Part shown: positions 37,999 to 51,683 of the stretch, in pieces
Layout: each line of letters begins with the position of its first letter
Numbering within the stretch: position 1 is the first letter of the stretch
Assembly: GCF_022539665.2 (NCBI RefSeq)
Contig: NC_081332.1
Span: 1,488,001 to 1,552,000, forward strand
DNA length: 64,000 nt
Origin: Daphnia carinata
Lineage: Eukaryota
Reading direction: 5' to 3'
Notes under the pieces: model-generated
The model's input: the letters and a program-made list of their open reading frames with translations, nothing else
Database searches by the model: none
What the model was told of the DNA's origin: nothing
Translations under genes and position numbers: made by a program

Positions 37999-38494
37999 GT
38001 TCAGAGTAGCTGAACAATCCAATGGAAGCGGAAAGACGTCGAGATTTAGGATTTCGTATGTCATTGATGTGTCCTTATATTAAGTCTTTGGCTATGCTCA
38101 TTATCACGCAAAACAACATGGCAAAACAAATAGTGCGTCTTAGATTTTGGCCACACGTTCTAATCAGCATATAATGCCAGTTCAATAAGTATACGCAGTT
38201 TGTTTCATTACACTCAAAACGTTTTGAATCGGGATGATTATCACGCATATACACATCCCTTGAGGTGATGAGTCACCCAACACGAGTGTCCAACACAGTG
38301 TTTATTAACTGATAAACGGTATGAACACAAAGGTTAAAATCATCAACATAAGATGATTGTTTTATAACCAACGTTCAAACCTTTGGATGCACTTGTCTTA
38401 ACTCGATTGTTTTCATAATTACGTCAATGTTTTCTTTCAAAGATAACAACGAGAGATTGTTGAGTTTAATTTTATTTACAAAAGTTCATGTATA

Positions 38495-39822
38495 TCAGCA
38501 AATGTCGACGACATCGAGCTGGTCTTCGTCGTCGTCACTGTTATTATTGCTGCTGATGCTGCTGTGAGTCGAACTCAACGGAGACGGGCAATCAATCGAA
38601 TCGGCCGAACTCGGCTGATGGCGAACGATTGGCGAATCAACGGACGTGTGTCTCGATTGAATGTGTCGATCTAAATCACGTCTCCTCATCAACACCTTGC
38701 CGCATAATTCGCACCTGACATTTCAAATCACATTAACGTATTTCAAATTGAATTTAAATGAATTCAATACTTGTAAGGTGATTTATCTCCAGTTAATCCG
38801 ACTTGATGGTGATGCTCGGCATGCAACCGAATGTGTTTGTTTAGGTTACTTGGGTCGCCAAACGGCCTGGAACAGACGGGACACTTGAGCGGCTTGTATC
38901 CCGTGTGGGTCCGAATGTGAATTTTCAGTCCGTACTTCCTCGAGTAAATCTTGCCGCAGTAGATGCAAATATGGCCGTGTTTCGACCGGCCCAGATGACT
39001 CACGATCGTCTCGACTTGAGCGGCTGGACTCGTTCCAGTCGTCCGCTGATTATTACCAGCAGCAAACGTTTGGAACAAATGGGTCGGAGTGGGTTTGCAA
39101 AGAACGTTTCGCGATGACTGTTGCTGGAACGGGATCACTGGAGGACTTTCTGGCTTCGTTAACGTGTGGAAGACTCTGTTCCAGAGGGCGGACGTAGAGA
39201 CGGACCGATTGGAGCAGTGAAAGAACAAGTGAAGCTTCAGCGGGTTGGGATTGACGAAGACGCTGGAACATCGGTGACAAACGTATCGGTCACCGGCTTG
39301 GATATTCTTGGGCACGAGGAAAGGCATTTCCAGACGGGCCAGCATCGCTTCCGAGAACCAAAAGTACAAGCGCTGGCCTTTCTCGATCGGCCGCGTCGTC
39401 GTGAACGTGAGCGATAGATGATTCACATCATTGCCCGACGTCGAAGACACCGTGGAACATTCTACATTTTGCATCCGGCATTCAGTCGCAACCTCGATGG
39501 ACATTGGCCACAAGCTGGACGGCGGACTGGACGTTAATTCGCCTTTGCTAAGACTCACCTGTCATCAATAAAAATTGGATTAATTAAAAAACAATTCAAT
39601 GTTGAATTGAAAAACCTTGAATTGTTGATGGTGCGGAGTGAAACGACGAGGATCGAGCGCAATGATGGCAGATTTCGATTCCGGCCGGAGGAATTCTTCC
39701 GCCACGACGGATGGTCCCGGCTCGATGCACCTGTTTCCTATTTCCGCATTGCTAACAACAGCGATGTTGCTGTTGATGGTTAACCTCTCGACCATTGGCG
39801 TTACTGGCTGATGGTTCATCAT
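38495..39822 (-). CDS. PRDM13: PR/SET-domain zinc-finger transcriptional repressor PRDM13; 3 exons
   Basis: Partial PR domain (NVEC...LTFTTTRPIEKGQRLYFWFS) and the characteristic zinc-finger array GHICIYCGKIYSRKYGLKIHIRTHTGYKPLKC...RPFGDPSNLNKHIRLHAE...CGKVLMRRRDLDRHIQSRH. Confidence 0.9.
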
Positions 39823-41390
39823 TCTCTTTTCGATAATTTTGCCGGATTTTTTAAAAGGACGAACTGTTCCGGATGCGAGTGATCATGTGACTTCCGCCAT
39901 GACCGCCGACGTCACCCGCTATTTATGTGTTGCTCCAAGTTGGGAAATCAAGCTCCACCTACTAACAAAAAGCCATCGCACTTGATGGTGATGATCATTG
40001 TGGAGCACTTGTTATATAACATCAAAAGAGGGGGGAGGGAAGGCCGGTGTTGTATACCCGGAGACGGCGGGTGGTTAGTGGGTCGGTGCACTTAGTCCTC
40101 CCCCCCCCCCACCTCAATAGGAGGGACGGGTATTAGCCACGTGATGGTGGGATCTTTAACAGCTGCTTTCTTGTACTTGTATTAGTCGATTGGATAATTC
40201 ACGTTTGATTCAAAACATTTCTTCGATAATTTCAATCAAATGATTTTACCTATATTTTTTAAAAATTGATTCCAATACGTCATTCGACGTTAGATTGGGA
40301 TCTTGGGGGGCTAAAGCTGTGCGTCACGATCGTCCATTGGATTACAATCAAACGGGGGGGTCATAATACGAACGTCCGTGATTGTTTTTGTTATTGTGGT
40401 GGCGTCGTCAGCTGTTAACGACCCCACCAACCCCCCCCCCCCCCCTACTCTTCCATTCTTTGCCATTCAGACCCCTCCCTTTCAATATAAGAGGGCAAAT
40501 GGCGGGTTAGGAAAGAGGGTGAATGCGATTAAAAACGAGCCCTTTTTTTTGGCCATTGATTGCATCTATATAGAGATGTTATGTGTAGTATACACATACA
40601 CAGCAGGAGGAGCGTCACCTGGTGGTCTTCTCACCCTCGGGGGTTTGGCATCCCTCATTGAGAAGAAACCGCTGGTTTATTATAGAGCGAAATGTAGGGG
40701 GATGTAGGTGGATGAACACACACACTTAAAAAAGGTTACGGGGGGTGGGAGGAGGGTGGCGGAGCCAATCGTTTAACATCGACAAAATGCGAAGCCATGA
40801 AAGCGTGAAGAATATCCGCACCACCTGACGTCACCATCGCCAGAAACCCGCGCTATATACATTTTCAAATGTTTTCCTCCTCATCGCCCTCTTTTATAAC
40901 ATCTTATAGTGTCTTTGGTGTGTGTACACTGTGTGTGTAGATGCATTTAGCCTATTTCTAATATTTAATACGTATACACACATAGGCATGGGGGGGAGGG
41001 ACTGGGAATGGTGGCACCTGATCCATCCATTATGCATATTTATTCAATCTGGTTCGTCCAGCTGACGCACTCGTCCGAGCCTATCTGATTGAATCGAATC
41101 GCAAAACCATTGAAAATGAGAGGGGACGCTGTTTTTAACATCATCTTTTTTTAAAGAAGATGATTCCTTGTATTTTTCCTGTGTGTGTAATGTGTTGATA
41201 GAATAATTGATTTTCGTGTGATTAGAACAATACGAGTCATGATTTTATATAGCGATCCAATTTGTTTTGTTTTTAAAAGGCGAATAGTTTGGGACAGAAA
41301 TTTTGAATTTCCAACTTACGCGGAAAATTCAAGGTATTGCGCAGAATTTTGAGGGGGGGGGGGGGGCTCGAATGCATTAAGAAACGGATT

Positions 41391-42167
41391 TTATTCGGCG
41401 ACGACGTTCATCAGTTTGGACGTGGTCAACTCTGCCATCCTCAGTTGCTGGAACTGGACGCGCTGCTGACGTATCTCTTTGATTTCCTCCTCTTCCAGCA
41501 TCTCGACGAACGCCTGTTCCAGCGTGGCGTTCACCATTTGTTCCACGACGGGCGCCAGGCCCGTCTCAAAGTCCGGCAGGTCGGTCAGCACCACCTGCGT
41601 CGACCCGTCCTGCGTGTTGCTATTCAAAGAGCTGATGGCGTCCGTCGATCCGTTCACCGTCCTGTTCCGTTTCACGTTCTCGATGGACGCGTCCGTCTGC
41701 ACGCTCGATTCCACATCTCCGGCCCGTCTTAGTAACTTGTGTGAAATAAATTAAGTTCGTTATGATTTTTGGTAAGTAAAAATGAGAGGAGATGGATGTA
41801 CCTCTTCGAAATTGCCGTCCGTCTGGACGGACCCGTTGTAATAACGGTCCCCGTTGGCACCGAAATTAGTCCCGCCGTCGGCCACACCACGACGCTTAGT
41901 GCGACGACGTTGCAAGGCTTTGCGTCTGGCATCGATGTGTCGCCTCCAGTCATCGGTCAAAGGTAGATTCTAACGTCATATAATTGTGGGGGAGGGATGT
42001 ATATATAGACAAATATTTGCGTATGGTCTATCAACTTAACTACCAGTTGTTATTTATTTTTTAAATTCATGAATAGGTTTGATTTTTAAAGCGGATGTTT
42101 TGATTTAGGTGCACACCTGTTGGGACAAGACTTTGCTGTAGCCGAAGTGCGGGTTCCACGGAGGCAT
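41391..42167 (-). CDS. RSPH3: Short radial spoke head 3-like protein; 5' end uncertain
   Basis: ARRKALQRRR...SVQTDGNFEEL...SVQTD...DGSTQVVLTDLPDFETGLAPVVEQMVNATLEQAFVEMLEEEEIKEIRQQRVQFQQLRMAE follows the Radial_spoke_3 pattern (VQT..EEL, TQI...LFDF...P..E.LV.KT.EQ...EV.EEEEL). Confidence 0.7.
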
Positions 42168-43327
42168 GCTTATCTTCTCTCCGCCCGGACGAGAAGAAAA
42201 ACATAATTTTTTTTTTAAATATCCGACATTCACAGTGCGTGAGGCGCATTCCACAACGAAGACAATTTAAACGAAAGTGTTGCAAAAAAATAAATGACAT
42301 GTAATTAATTATTTTGGTGTGAACGGATGTATAGTATTTTAAATTCTAATTGAATTATTAGCAGGTACGATTTTTGTAGTTTAACAGTGATGGACAACAA
42401 GGACACGAGTGTACCGCTTTATTTAATTTTGAATGAATTACAAGTTGTTGAGCCTACCTCTTGATCGAGGGCGTTTTGCGATTGATAGCGAACTCCATTT
42501 TCCATGGATCGGTCATGCCTGCAATATTACAATGTCAATTAACTTAAATTCTGTCTATATATTTTCTTAGAATAAATGCAGTTGGTCTCGTGCTATACCC
42601 TGCCCCTATTTACATTCAGACGTTTTATGGCCCGACTTTAATTAGGTTGATATACGTCACCGATTAATGTCCTTCTTTCGTGCCATGTATAAAAAGCGCC
42701 TCCCAAGCTCAGATTTCTTTTTTTAAAGTAGAGTTCCCTCTCTTGATGATGAACAATGGTTCACTTGAAATCACCACAACAACCAACATCTAAAAGTTTA
42801 TAGCTCTATCTCGGTCACGTCAGTCACGCAGATTGCGCAATAATCCATAGGCCTACACACAGACACAGACGATGAAGGGGGGGGAGGGAATAGAAATCGG
42901 ACGGCTAGACTAATAACGGCCTTCGTCTATAGCCACAAAAGGATAATATTAATACACTTGGAATAATAGAGTACTGTGTACGTAGCGGGACCTGGTTGCC
43001 ATGGCAACCTCAATAGCCTTGGATGATTCACGTTGGCATAGCTCGGAATAACAATAGTTAAAAGGAGGAACACGCAACGTGTCCTCGTTTCCCCCCCTCT
43101 CATCGTTCGATTCGCAAACAAAGTTTGCAATTTTTGTTTGTGCCCCGTTGCCACAGTAGCTGCATTGCTGTTAACTCAAGTTCATTTTGTTTTCGCTTTA
43201 AAAAAAAAAAAAAAAGGCGTGACGGGCCAGTGTTGAAAACACCCTCATCCATCTGACCTATTTGTTCCTCTATAAACAATCGAAAACGATAAATCATTTT
43301 TTTGGCCAAGTTTAAATAGCTATATAC

Positions 43328-45212
43328 TTACATCGATTTGTAGGTCACGTTATATCCGACGTTGTCATAGCCGCGTTTAATGGCCGTCAAATCCCAACCG
43401 CTGCCGCCCGCTAAATTGACTTTCAGCGACGATGAACCGCCACCACCCACGTGATGGCCGTTGGCGACGCTTTGGCCGGCCAGCGAGAAATTGCTGTTGC
43501 TGATGTTGCGTTGATGGGGCCGCTGGCGATGGAACGGAGCCGGGCTGGGCGGTCGTCCGCGCTGGACCGGATTGTGCTGCTGAATCATCGGGCTAAAATC
43601 GTCATATCGATTACTAATTGCACCATCGTTATTGCTAGTACAAGTGCTGAACACCGACGGCGTGTAGTTGGGCGGTAAGGCCGGCTCCGGGAACACACTC
43701 AACGGACGGACGACGGTGACGAAACGACGCCGTTCTTCCACATTGTGGCCGGGCGGACTGATTAGCGAATGCATCGTGGACTGACGAGACGTCTTTTTAT
43801 TGCCAATCTTCGGCAGCTTATGATTGCCCTGATTATTCATGTTGACCGACGTCGTGTCCGGCGATTTATTAGCCTGCGGGTTCCGCTTCCTGACCACCTT
43901 TGTCTGTACTTTTTAATTATATATGAGACACACAAAAACGATATCGCATGTACCTTCCCCTTTTTTATTTTTAAATTATTTCAAATCCCTATGCATAAAT
44001 TAAAAATAGCTGGTCTATAAACAAATGGCCCTAATCTGACCTTAGTTGGCGATGATTGGTGGTTGTCGGACGTGCCGGACGATGAAACCTGACCGATCCC
44101 GCTGTCGTCCGAACGACCTGCTGAATTTCTCCACGTCTCGAAAACCTCCAACACTTCGTTGCGGCTAACCGGCGGACTGTCTAAGTTTGGCTGATTCTCT
44201 TCTTTTGCTCCTACAGTCGTGATCACGCTTGAGACTCTCGACCCGACCGAACGGCCGCTAAGGGACATGCCTCTCACGAAATTCGAAATGAAAAATCGGG
44301 GACTTTTGCCGGAATTGAAAAAACTACAAACAAACGAGACGGAAATGATTCAACCGGATGGAGAGTCCGCCCGGCAAAGACTGCCGTCGCCTAAGTAGCT
44401 GGCCTAACATTTTATGTGGAGATTCTTATCGGTTTAAAGCCACTCTGTATAGGTTTCACGGTTGCCATAGGACGAATAATTGACGAAGATGACGATATCG
44501 ATAGTCGATGATTCTCGGTGCTGGCCCCGGATGTGTTCCCAGCTGCTGTTTCGATTCTTCTTTCCCGTTTCAATTTTCACAACAAAGGTGAGCAGGTACT
44601 CGAACAATATTTCAAAACTCACTATTTATTTTGAAACTGTGTGATGTTTATTAATTATGTAGACAGACACGTTTTGAAAATGAACTTGGACCTGTGTGTG
44701 TCCGCAATAAGGCGCCACAAATGTATGAGACTGTTCTTTCTTTTTTTCACGTACTTGATCTAAAAGGGGGAATACCTATCGACACCTGGGATGCATCCAG
44801 GTAGACTTTCCTATCGCCATAGCGAGAATGCGCATGCCCTGTTTACTATAGGAGCTTTTAACTTGGGAATTCTATTTATAGTTAAGGACCGAACTGTTTG
44901 GTTAGCACAAGAATATAAATTCAGGTGGTAATACGTATTTTTTTTTAAAGATGAAAATGTCAGGTAAAATGTAAAGGGAGAGGATGAATAATGTCTATGC
45001 TGATTGAATTTAATTGTAATGAGGCGAAATGGAATGATGTTGATTAAGGGCACGTTGAAAACAACCACTTCCCTAGTACGAAAGAAAAAAAAATCAATGA
45101 TGACTCACCTAGCGTTTGGTTTGACTGGTGGTAATGGCCGATGGATGGCTGTGACTGGATGATCAACGCTCTTGCCCTGGGAGCTCCTCGTCGACGCCGT
45201 AGAGACGCTCAT
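43328..45212 (-). CDS. Uncharacterised Ser/Pro/Asn-rich, probably disordered protein; at least exons ~44311-44041 and 43897-43328, possible upstream exon 45212-45109
   Basis: GC-richer, long stop-free blocks joined in frame by a GT-AG intron (...SSPTK|VVRKRNPQ...). No domain was recognised. Confidence 0.55.
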
Positions 45213-48200
45213 CTCTACCGACGTCCGGATCCACCGATACTTAACGACGTGGAATCCCTTCTCGTAAAATGGTGGATCAATAGGAAAAAAATTCCGGGAG
45301 AAAATCAAGACAGCTGGACAAACGAATGAAAACGAACGAGCAGTCTTGGATATAAACAAAGTTAGAACGACATCACAGCAATGACTGAGTGCTGGACTTA
45401 CTTACAACCAAAGAACGAAGCTTTCACCAGTTAAACAGCGTAGGATGGACGCCATGGAAACGCCAGTTATTTTTTTTTTTAACCCCTCGTTTTACCCTTT
45501 TCGCTATATTTTTCACATCCCCCCCATCAGGTGCGTAGTGATATATAGCGTGTCGCAGGTGTGTTACGCAAGGGATTGAAAAACCTATACGTTTCAGTCA
45601 AGATTGATAGGGAGACTGTTCGTGTTTTCCGTGTATAGGCTTACAGTGTAACGTGTTACTTTTCTTGTTTAGGGCAATCTGACGTCGAGATGCCGATCGA
45701 TAATGGCCGCAGTAAATAAATTCCCCGATAGGCATTCTGTCTTGATGACTGATTTAACCAGTTACGGTATTTAGAGAATTTTTTTGCCAATAGATGGCGG
45801 CACCGGCGTTCGTGATTCAGGCAATTTGGCAACATAGTTTCAGTTGGCGCGCATTCCATCGCTGAGAGGTGAGATGAGTGGATGGGTGTATTTCTCCGAT
45901 TGAGTTTTAAGAACAATGAAGAGTACCACGCGTTGTGGCCGCCATTAGAGTTGGCTATGCTTAATTGTGGCGCAGAAATAATTGAAGCCTCGTTGAAAGT
46001 ATGGTGCATGTGCCCGGCATCACAACATGGCTTGTCACAGCTTATCTGTGAAAAATTCGGAATTGGTGTCTGGGAGCTTCCTTCTACTGGCATGGTGTCA
46101 ATCGTTGCCTGCCAACAGCATGGTATCTTTTTCTAAAATCGACATTTCTATGCTAATTTCACCGTTTTCTATTTCAAGTGAACAATGTCTTGGGAGCCAA
46201 GTAAATGGTCAGCTTGTGTAGGACTGAGCAGCCGAAAGCTGTGCGTAGAGAAACAATAAGGGTTTCAGCAAAAGGAGGTATATAATTAATCTTTTTGTTT
46301 TGCAGTGGCGTTTAAAAAAGAAACTATAGTTGCTGCTAAAGTAGCAGTGTGATTTCAAAATCGTTGAATGGTGGCTTGTTATTTATTAATTAATAATTTT
46401 TTTATGTTAGCTAATTTGTTAATGGATTGAATTCTCTTGTCAGGAGAAATATATTCAAAGATACTCAGAATCATGCTATAGGAGTCGGGACCTAACAAAT
46501 GCTGTGTTGTGTAGTGAGCATTCTGCAGCGAAAGTAGATTCAACAAAAGACTGTATGTAAGTGTAATCTTGCTCTACGAATAGAAAGTGTTTAACAGTGT
46601 CTATATTTCATATAGTGATAAATGCAACAATTGAAAATCAGATGGTTGGTGGAATCCTTTGTTTGGTCAACAACAGACTGCCAAGTAGTCAGTGTGAGTC
46701 AACCTTGCTGCTGGAGCATAAATGTTAGGGGACACAAAGAAGATGTTGGAAAATAAGTGTGTACTCCTTTTTTGTTTAGTCATGTTTTATTGCTGTAAGT
46801 GTTGAGTTTTTTTTTTCTCCATTCTTTAGCTGCTTGTGGGTGATGAGGCCAAAAAAAAGAAAATTTATTGTTTGGGATAATTAAAAATGGAGCAGAGAAC
46901 TATCCCAAGTTGGGATTTGGAAATAGGAACACATTATGACCCAGGATTGTGACATAGTCGGTGTTCAATCCGCGTGTTTTCCCCAATGGTCAGAGTCTAG
47001 TTGGAAGGGTTAGAAACAGAATTGGAGATGAGCAAGACCAAATACTAATGAAACATACCATGAAGTATACCAAGTACGTAATATATATGGTGTACTTCAT
47101 CGGCAAAGGAAGAAAATTGTAAAACATTACCGCCATCTAGCATATGGGAGAAGCAATATGTAGATTATTGTATAATTTTGATTTTATTCATGTTATTGAC
47201 GATTTATTGATTAACTAATTTGTATCCAATCAGTGAGGAAGCACCATGTAAAATTTTGCAATTGGAGCCCAAATTACTCTACGGAAAATACGAAAAGAGG
47301 TGGGGAATGTAGGATGGATAAAAGTGTTTTTCCCAGTCGTAAGATGGTGGTACTGTGCCATACAGTACTAAGAACTGCCGCCATAACGTTACCCATCTTC
47401 TCAGGTTGGAGAAGTAACAAGTAAGTTTATTTATGGTTACAAATTTAACTGGTGGCATTATTCAATTATGGCAGTTTGCATTAAAAACGTTAGAAGAAGT
47501 TGACAACCAACTGGCATACTCATGCATTGCAGCATTTTGAGAATAGTTAAACCAATATTTCACCATGACTGAAGGAGAACTAAGTTATTTTTATGCAATT
47601 TTTGATTTACAGATTCTTGTTTTTATTTGTTGAGGATAATAGTGTATTTAAAATGTAGTTGCAGTATGAATCTTATTTATCTTTTTCCATTTTGGTGTCA
47701 ATGTGTTGGATTTCAAGGTCCATTATTATGCCATGCTGTTCCAGGAATGTCTGCCAAACAGATTAATCCACCCCTGGATGTTATAAAGTACAGTGTAGCT
47801 GTGTTTCAAAGAGAGCATACGTGATCAAAAGACAAGGAAATAGAAAGCTGGGGAAGACAAACATTTTGTCAACAAGGTAAATTAATTTGTTAGCATGGCT
47901 TTCCCTTGTCTACCATACATTTTGTTCATGTTTCCTAGTACCCATTTCTGTGATTTAAGCATTAATTTCCTTACATTTCTTAAACATGATATACCACAGC
48001 ATTTGACATTCATAGTTTCTTTAACAAAAAAATTATAATGTATTTACCATTTGTAATCAATTATTAGGTTTTCATAGCTAGCAGACCGATTATTATATGG
48101 GTCAAATCCAATAATCTACGAGTCGCAGATGAACGACTACGTGCAGAATTAAGTAAGGGGATGTTGGTAAAGAAAGTAAAATTCAAATAAGACCAGCCTG

Positions 48201-49576
48201 TTGAGAATCTAATATATTATATGGCATTTCAGCCTTCTACAAAAACTTTCTTGACAGGAAATTTTGCTGGTTCTGCAAACAGTATGCATCTCTGCATGAT
48301 ATATTTCTGATGAATTTTCGTCAAAATTTATTGCTGTCAACTAAAGCGTCATTTCCTATCGGAAAAGGGTAAATTTTTTAAATGGAAATTAGTCTTATTC
48401 TTTTGTTATATCTACTATATATCGTTGCGATTTGTTGGGTTGCATTCTGAAAATTTAGTATTGTTCGAGTCTAAGATGCTGTATAATTTTTGACAATACT
48501 GGATATTGTTAGCAGTAAAAGCGTCGAAACGAATCAGGTATTTCTAGCTTGACTTCAGTTATTTATTATTATAATATATTTTTTTTTACTTTATATTGTT
48601 CCGTTAGATCACAACACTCCGTTGTTTTTTTTTGTGACATCACATGTCTCATACGCCTAGCGTTCTGAGTATGTCCGAACGGGTTAAAATACGGACTATT
48701 TCGTCAAACCTTTTGGCAAACACAGCAGCAAAAACAGAGTCTGCGTAGTAAATCTCTTAATTTTTTCCGCAGTTGAAACAGAAGGATAATTGTTTTTCTA
48801 AGGACTTTCCGGCATTAGTCTGTTTTTATGACAAGTGAGGAAGATCAAACGGTCTCTTTCGAGTACCTCAGACAGTCGAGTCATCGAGCGTCTTAACGAC
48901 GTGTTCAGACATTTGGAGGATGAGGAAAAAGTGACCACAAGTTGCATTACATAAATTTTCAGATTAATTACTTACAAATTAAATTTTTGATTAGTAAGGA
49001 ATTCCTCACTGCCTTGTTGTTTAAAGTTGAGAGGTGTGTAGGTTCGATTCAACTGTAAAAATCTCTTGTAGTTAGCTCAGTGTGAAATGACCAAGAGGGG
49101 TGACGGGAAGGCCTCCGGAAGAAATCGTTCGCTCATTCTACAAACGTATACTGTGAAAAGGAAAAACTGGCAAACAAGAAAAACAAAGGAATTAATCGGC
49201 ATCAAAGAATTTCCTCTGTTTCACTTGAGTGTAAACTTTTTTTTTTAAGGACACATTAGGTAAACTGTAGGTAGCATACTTATGCGGTTCATTGTCTACA
49301 CTCAAATCGACATGTTCTAAATTTGTCTGTTACAGTTATGCTCAGCCTCAGCTTATGCCACTGCACACGAATAGCACTCTCTACAAAGCTGGGACATGGT
49401 GGCTATACCAGCGTTGATCTAACTATATGAAATGAAGAATAAACTTGCAATTGATAGATCTTCCGTTTCTATCGTGCGAGTGACATAACATTTCACCGAT
49501 TCCTTAGACGAATCTATTGGATTCTAGTGTTGTTTGGTGCAAAAATTATCGTAAGAAAAGGACCACGACAAGACGG

Positions 49577-50458
49577 CTATTGACAGCTTTACAAAGTCTA
49601 ACTACGGCCGCCAGATGTCGTTAAAATCATTGTTATGAAAAGTTGAATCAGAATTGTGTTTTTGCTGTCGGTTTTCATTTAATAATAATATAAACTTAGG
49701 AGTGTAATCGTGGGAAGCTGATAAATTCTGATGGATATCAATTAAAGGTGAGAAATATGAAATATTTGCTTGCATTAGTATGTGTGTGGCATTGCTTTAA
49801 GGTGGAATATTAGTTGTACCTGAAAACTGAATTTTATGTACTTAGAAAGGCCATATTACGTTAATTTACTGTAGTTTACGTTTGAAACTACGCAAATCTT
49901 GTGTACCTTGTAAAGAAGAACATAGTTCACTTTTTAAATTTCCGAACTTTTAACTTCCGGTTTAAGATCCGGTTTTTTAATGCTTAATAACTCACTATCT
50001 GTTGGTCTGAACAAAAAAAAACCGACATTTCCGTAATCCTCGTGAAATTTGGGGTCGAATCCATGTGTCAGTAGAAAATACCCGAAAATCGTCAAAAATC
50101 GCAAATTTCCCTGAACTATAGTTCAGGAAAAATCGCGATTTTGGCCAAATTGGACTTTTCGCCAAAAACAGGTCAAAATAGGTCAGACACACCTTAAATT
50201 TCACGAGGATCACGAAAATCATATTCGTTTTGTTGTGGGCCCAGTATTTCTGGAGATATAGGCTACTTCCGGTCACTTCCGGTAATTTTTTTTTTTCAAC
50301 CTTGCAATAAGTAAAAAATGAACATTAATATTCCAAACACTTGAAGCATTTTAATCATAAGTGTAATGGTGTAGCGGCCTTTTCCGTGTTTATTTTACTA
50401 GTTTACTACTGGCTGATTGTGCAGGCTGCTTATCTAGATATGTTAAGCGCTATGTCCT
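49577..50458 (+). repeat. Left arm of a long (~880 bp) inverted repeat
   Basis: Reverse complement of ~54772-55651. The ORF track shows the near-identical CLTYFDLFLAKSPIWPKSRFFLNYSSGKF peptide on opposite strands (49995-50276 minus, 55039-55236 plus). Confidence 0.9.
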
Positions 50459-51683
50459 ATGTAAATTTTTTTTCCGATATCAACTTTGTCTGGCTTTTCA
50501 TTACTCGTAACAAACGAATATACTCGCTGGAAAGTTGCGTTCTGCGATTTTATGGGTATTATACATCTGTGATTCGTTTCGTTGTGTAATTAGTAGTTCA
50601 GAAGTTCTTTGTTACTTCCGACACACTTCGGAAATTTGCATATAAACAGTAAGAAACCTTGAATTAAAAATCTAGTCAATCATTGGGGGCATATTTAAAA
50701 ATTGAGAATGCTTATCTCGGTTGCTTCGCATTAAAACCCGAAAGATCGAACGCTACCGTCGTCTGTCATGTCCGCCATTAGCCATGTCACCATGCAAACA
50801 TTTTTGCCCTGTTGTTTTTTTTTTGTTTTCCCCCTGTTCTGTGCGTCTACATGAACGGGTAAGTAACATACGATCATTATTTTTAGTCAAGCATTATTAT
50901 TTTGCTTTATTGTTAGAATTAGGAAGATGGAAGCGTTTTATGTAAACCAGCAATGATAAGTTGAACACAGACAGTAAGGAAGTCGATGCTCAGCTGGTGC
51001 CTTGGAAAATCAGCCGTATGATTTTTGTAGCGTAAAATATCTTTAAGCTCTTCTTCAGAGCATAACAGAAATATTGTTGGCAAATTGTTGAGTATTACTT
51101 GACAGTGAGTCTCTTACATAGAATTGTGAGTAGAGGTTAAAGGATTGGCTTAACTGTTTCAATAACGAGCACACTAGCTGAGCTATCAGTAGTTAACTTA
51201 TCAGCCTTTTTCATCTGTATCATAATAATATAAACTAAATGGTTTATTAACCTTTTTCAAGTTTGTATTCAATATCGTGACTTCTGTTGTACTAAATATT
51301 TGTTTGTTTGAACTTCTTGAATCTACGTTCAACTAACAAAGCTTTATGACAACTGTTTGTGACAAGCTCTTTTTGAAGAAGATTGAACATATGGAATGTT
51401 TGATAACCATTTAGCAAAGGATTTCTTTTGAATGAAAAACTACTTTACAGAAGTAACATTCCCTGTCTTCAGTCTGTTCATATTATGGTCCCAGTAATCC
51501 TGGGAAACTAATTGAGCTAGCGTTCGTTATTTAACTCTTATCATTTTTAAAGTCCCGGTAAACCATAAACATACTTAGATCTCTTTTATTAAATTCCTAT
51601 GTTGTTCTTTTATCTAATTCCTTTACATCTGTTACATTTACATAGGGTCAATAAAAAGAAAATCCTGATAGTCGCCTCATCGC

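Noticed and set aside
9386..39822. Arrestin, White-like transporter and PRDM13 as an eye-gene cluster
   Set aside because: They are separated by unrelated genes, and the ABCG cannot be assigned a pigment role from sequence alone.
46300..49500. Exon-like fragments with many stops (e.g. EKYIQRYSESCYRS..., FPNGQSLVGRV)
   Set aside because: Probably a decayed transposon or pseudogene, but no motif could be assigned with confidence.
49995..50276. Near-identical peptides at 49995-50276 (-) and 55039-55236 (+) as duplicated genes
   Set aside because: Explained by the inverted repeat; no coding hallmarks.
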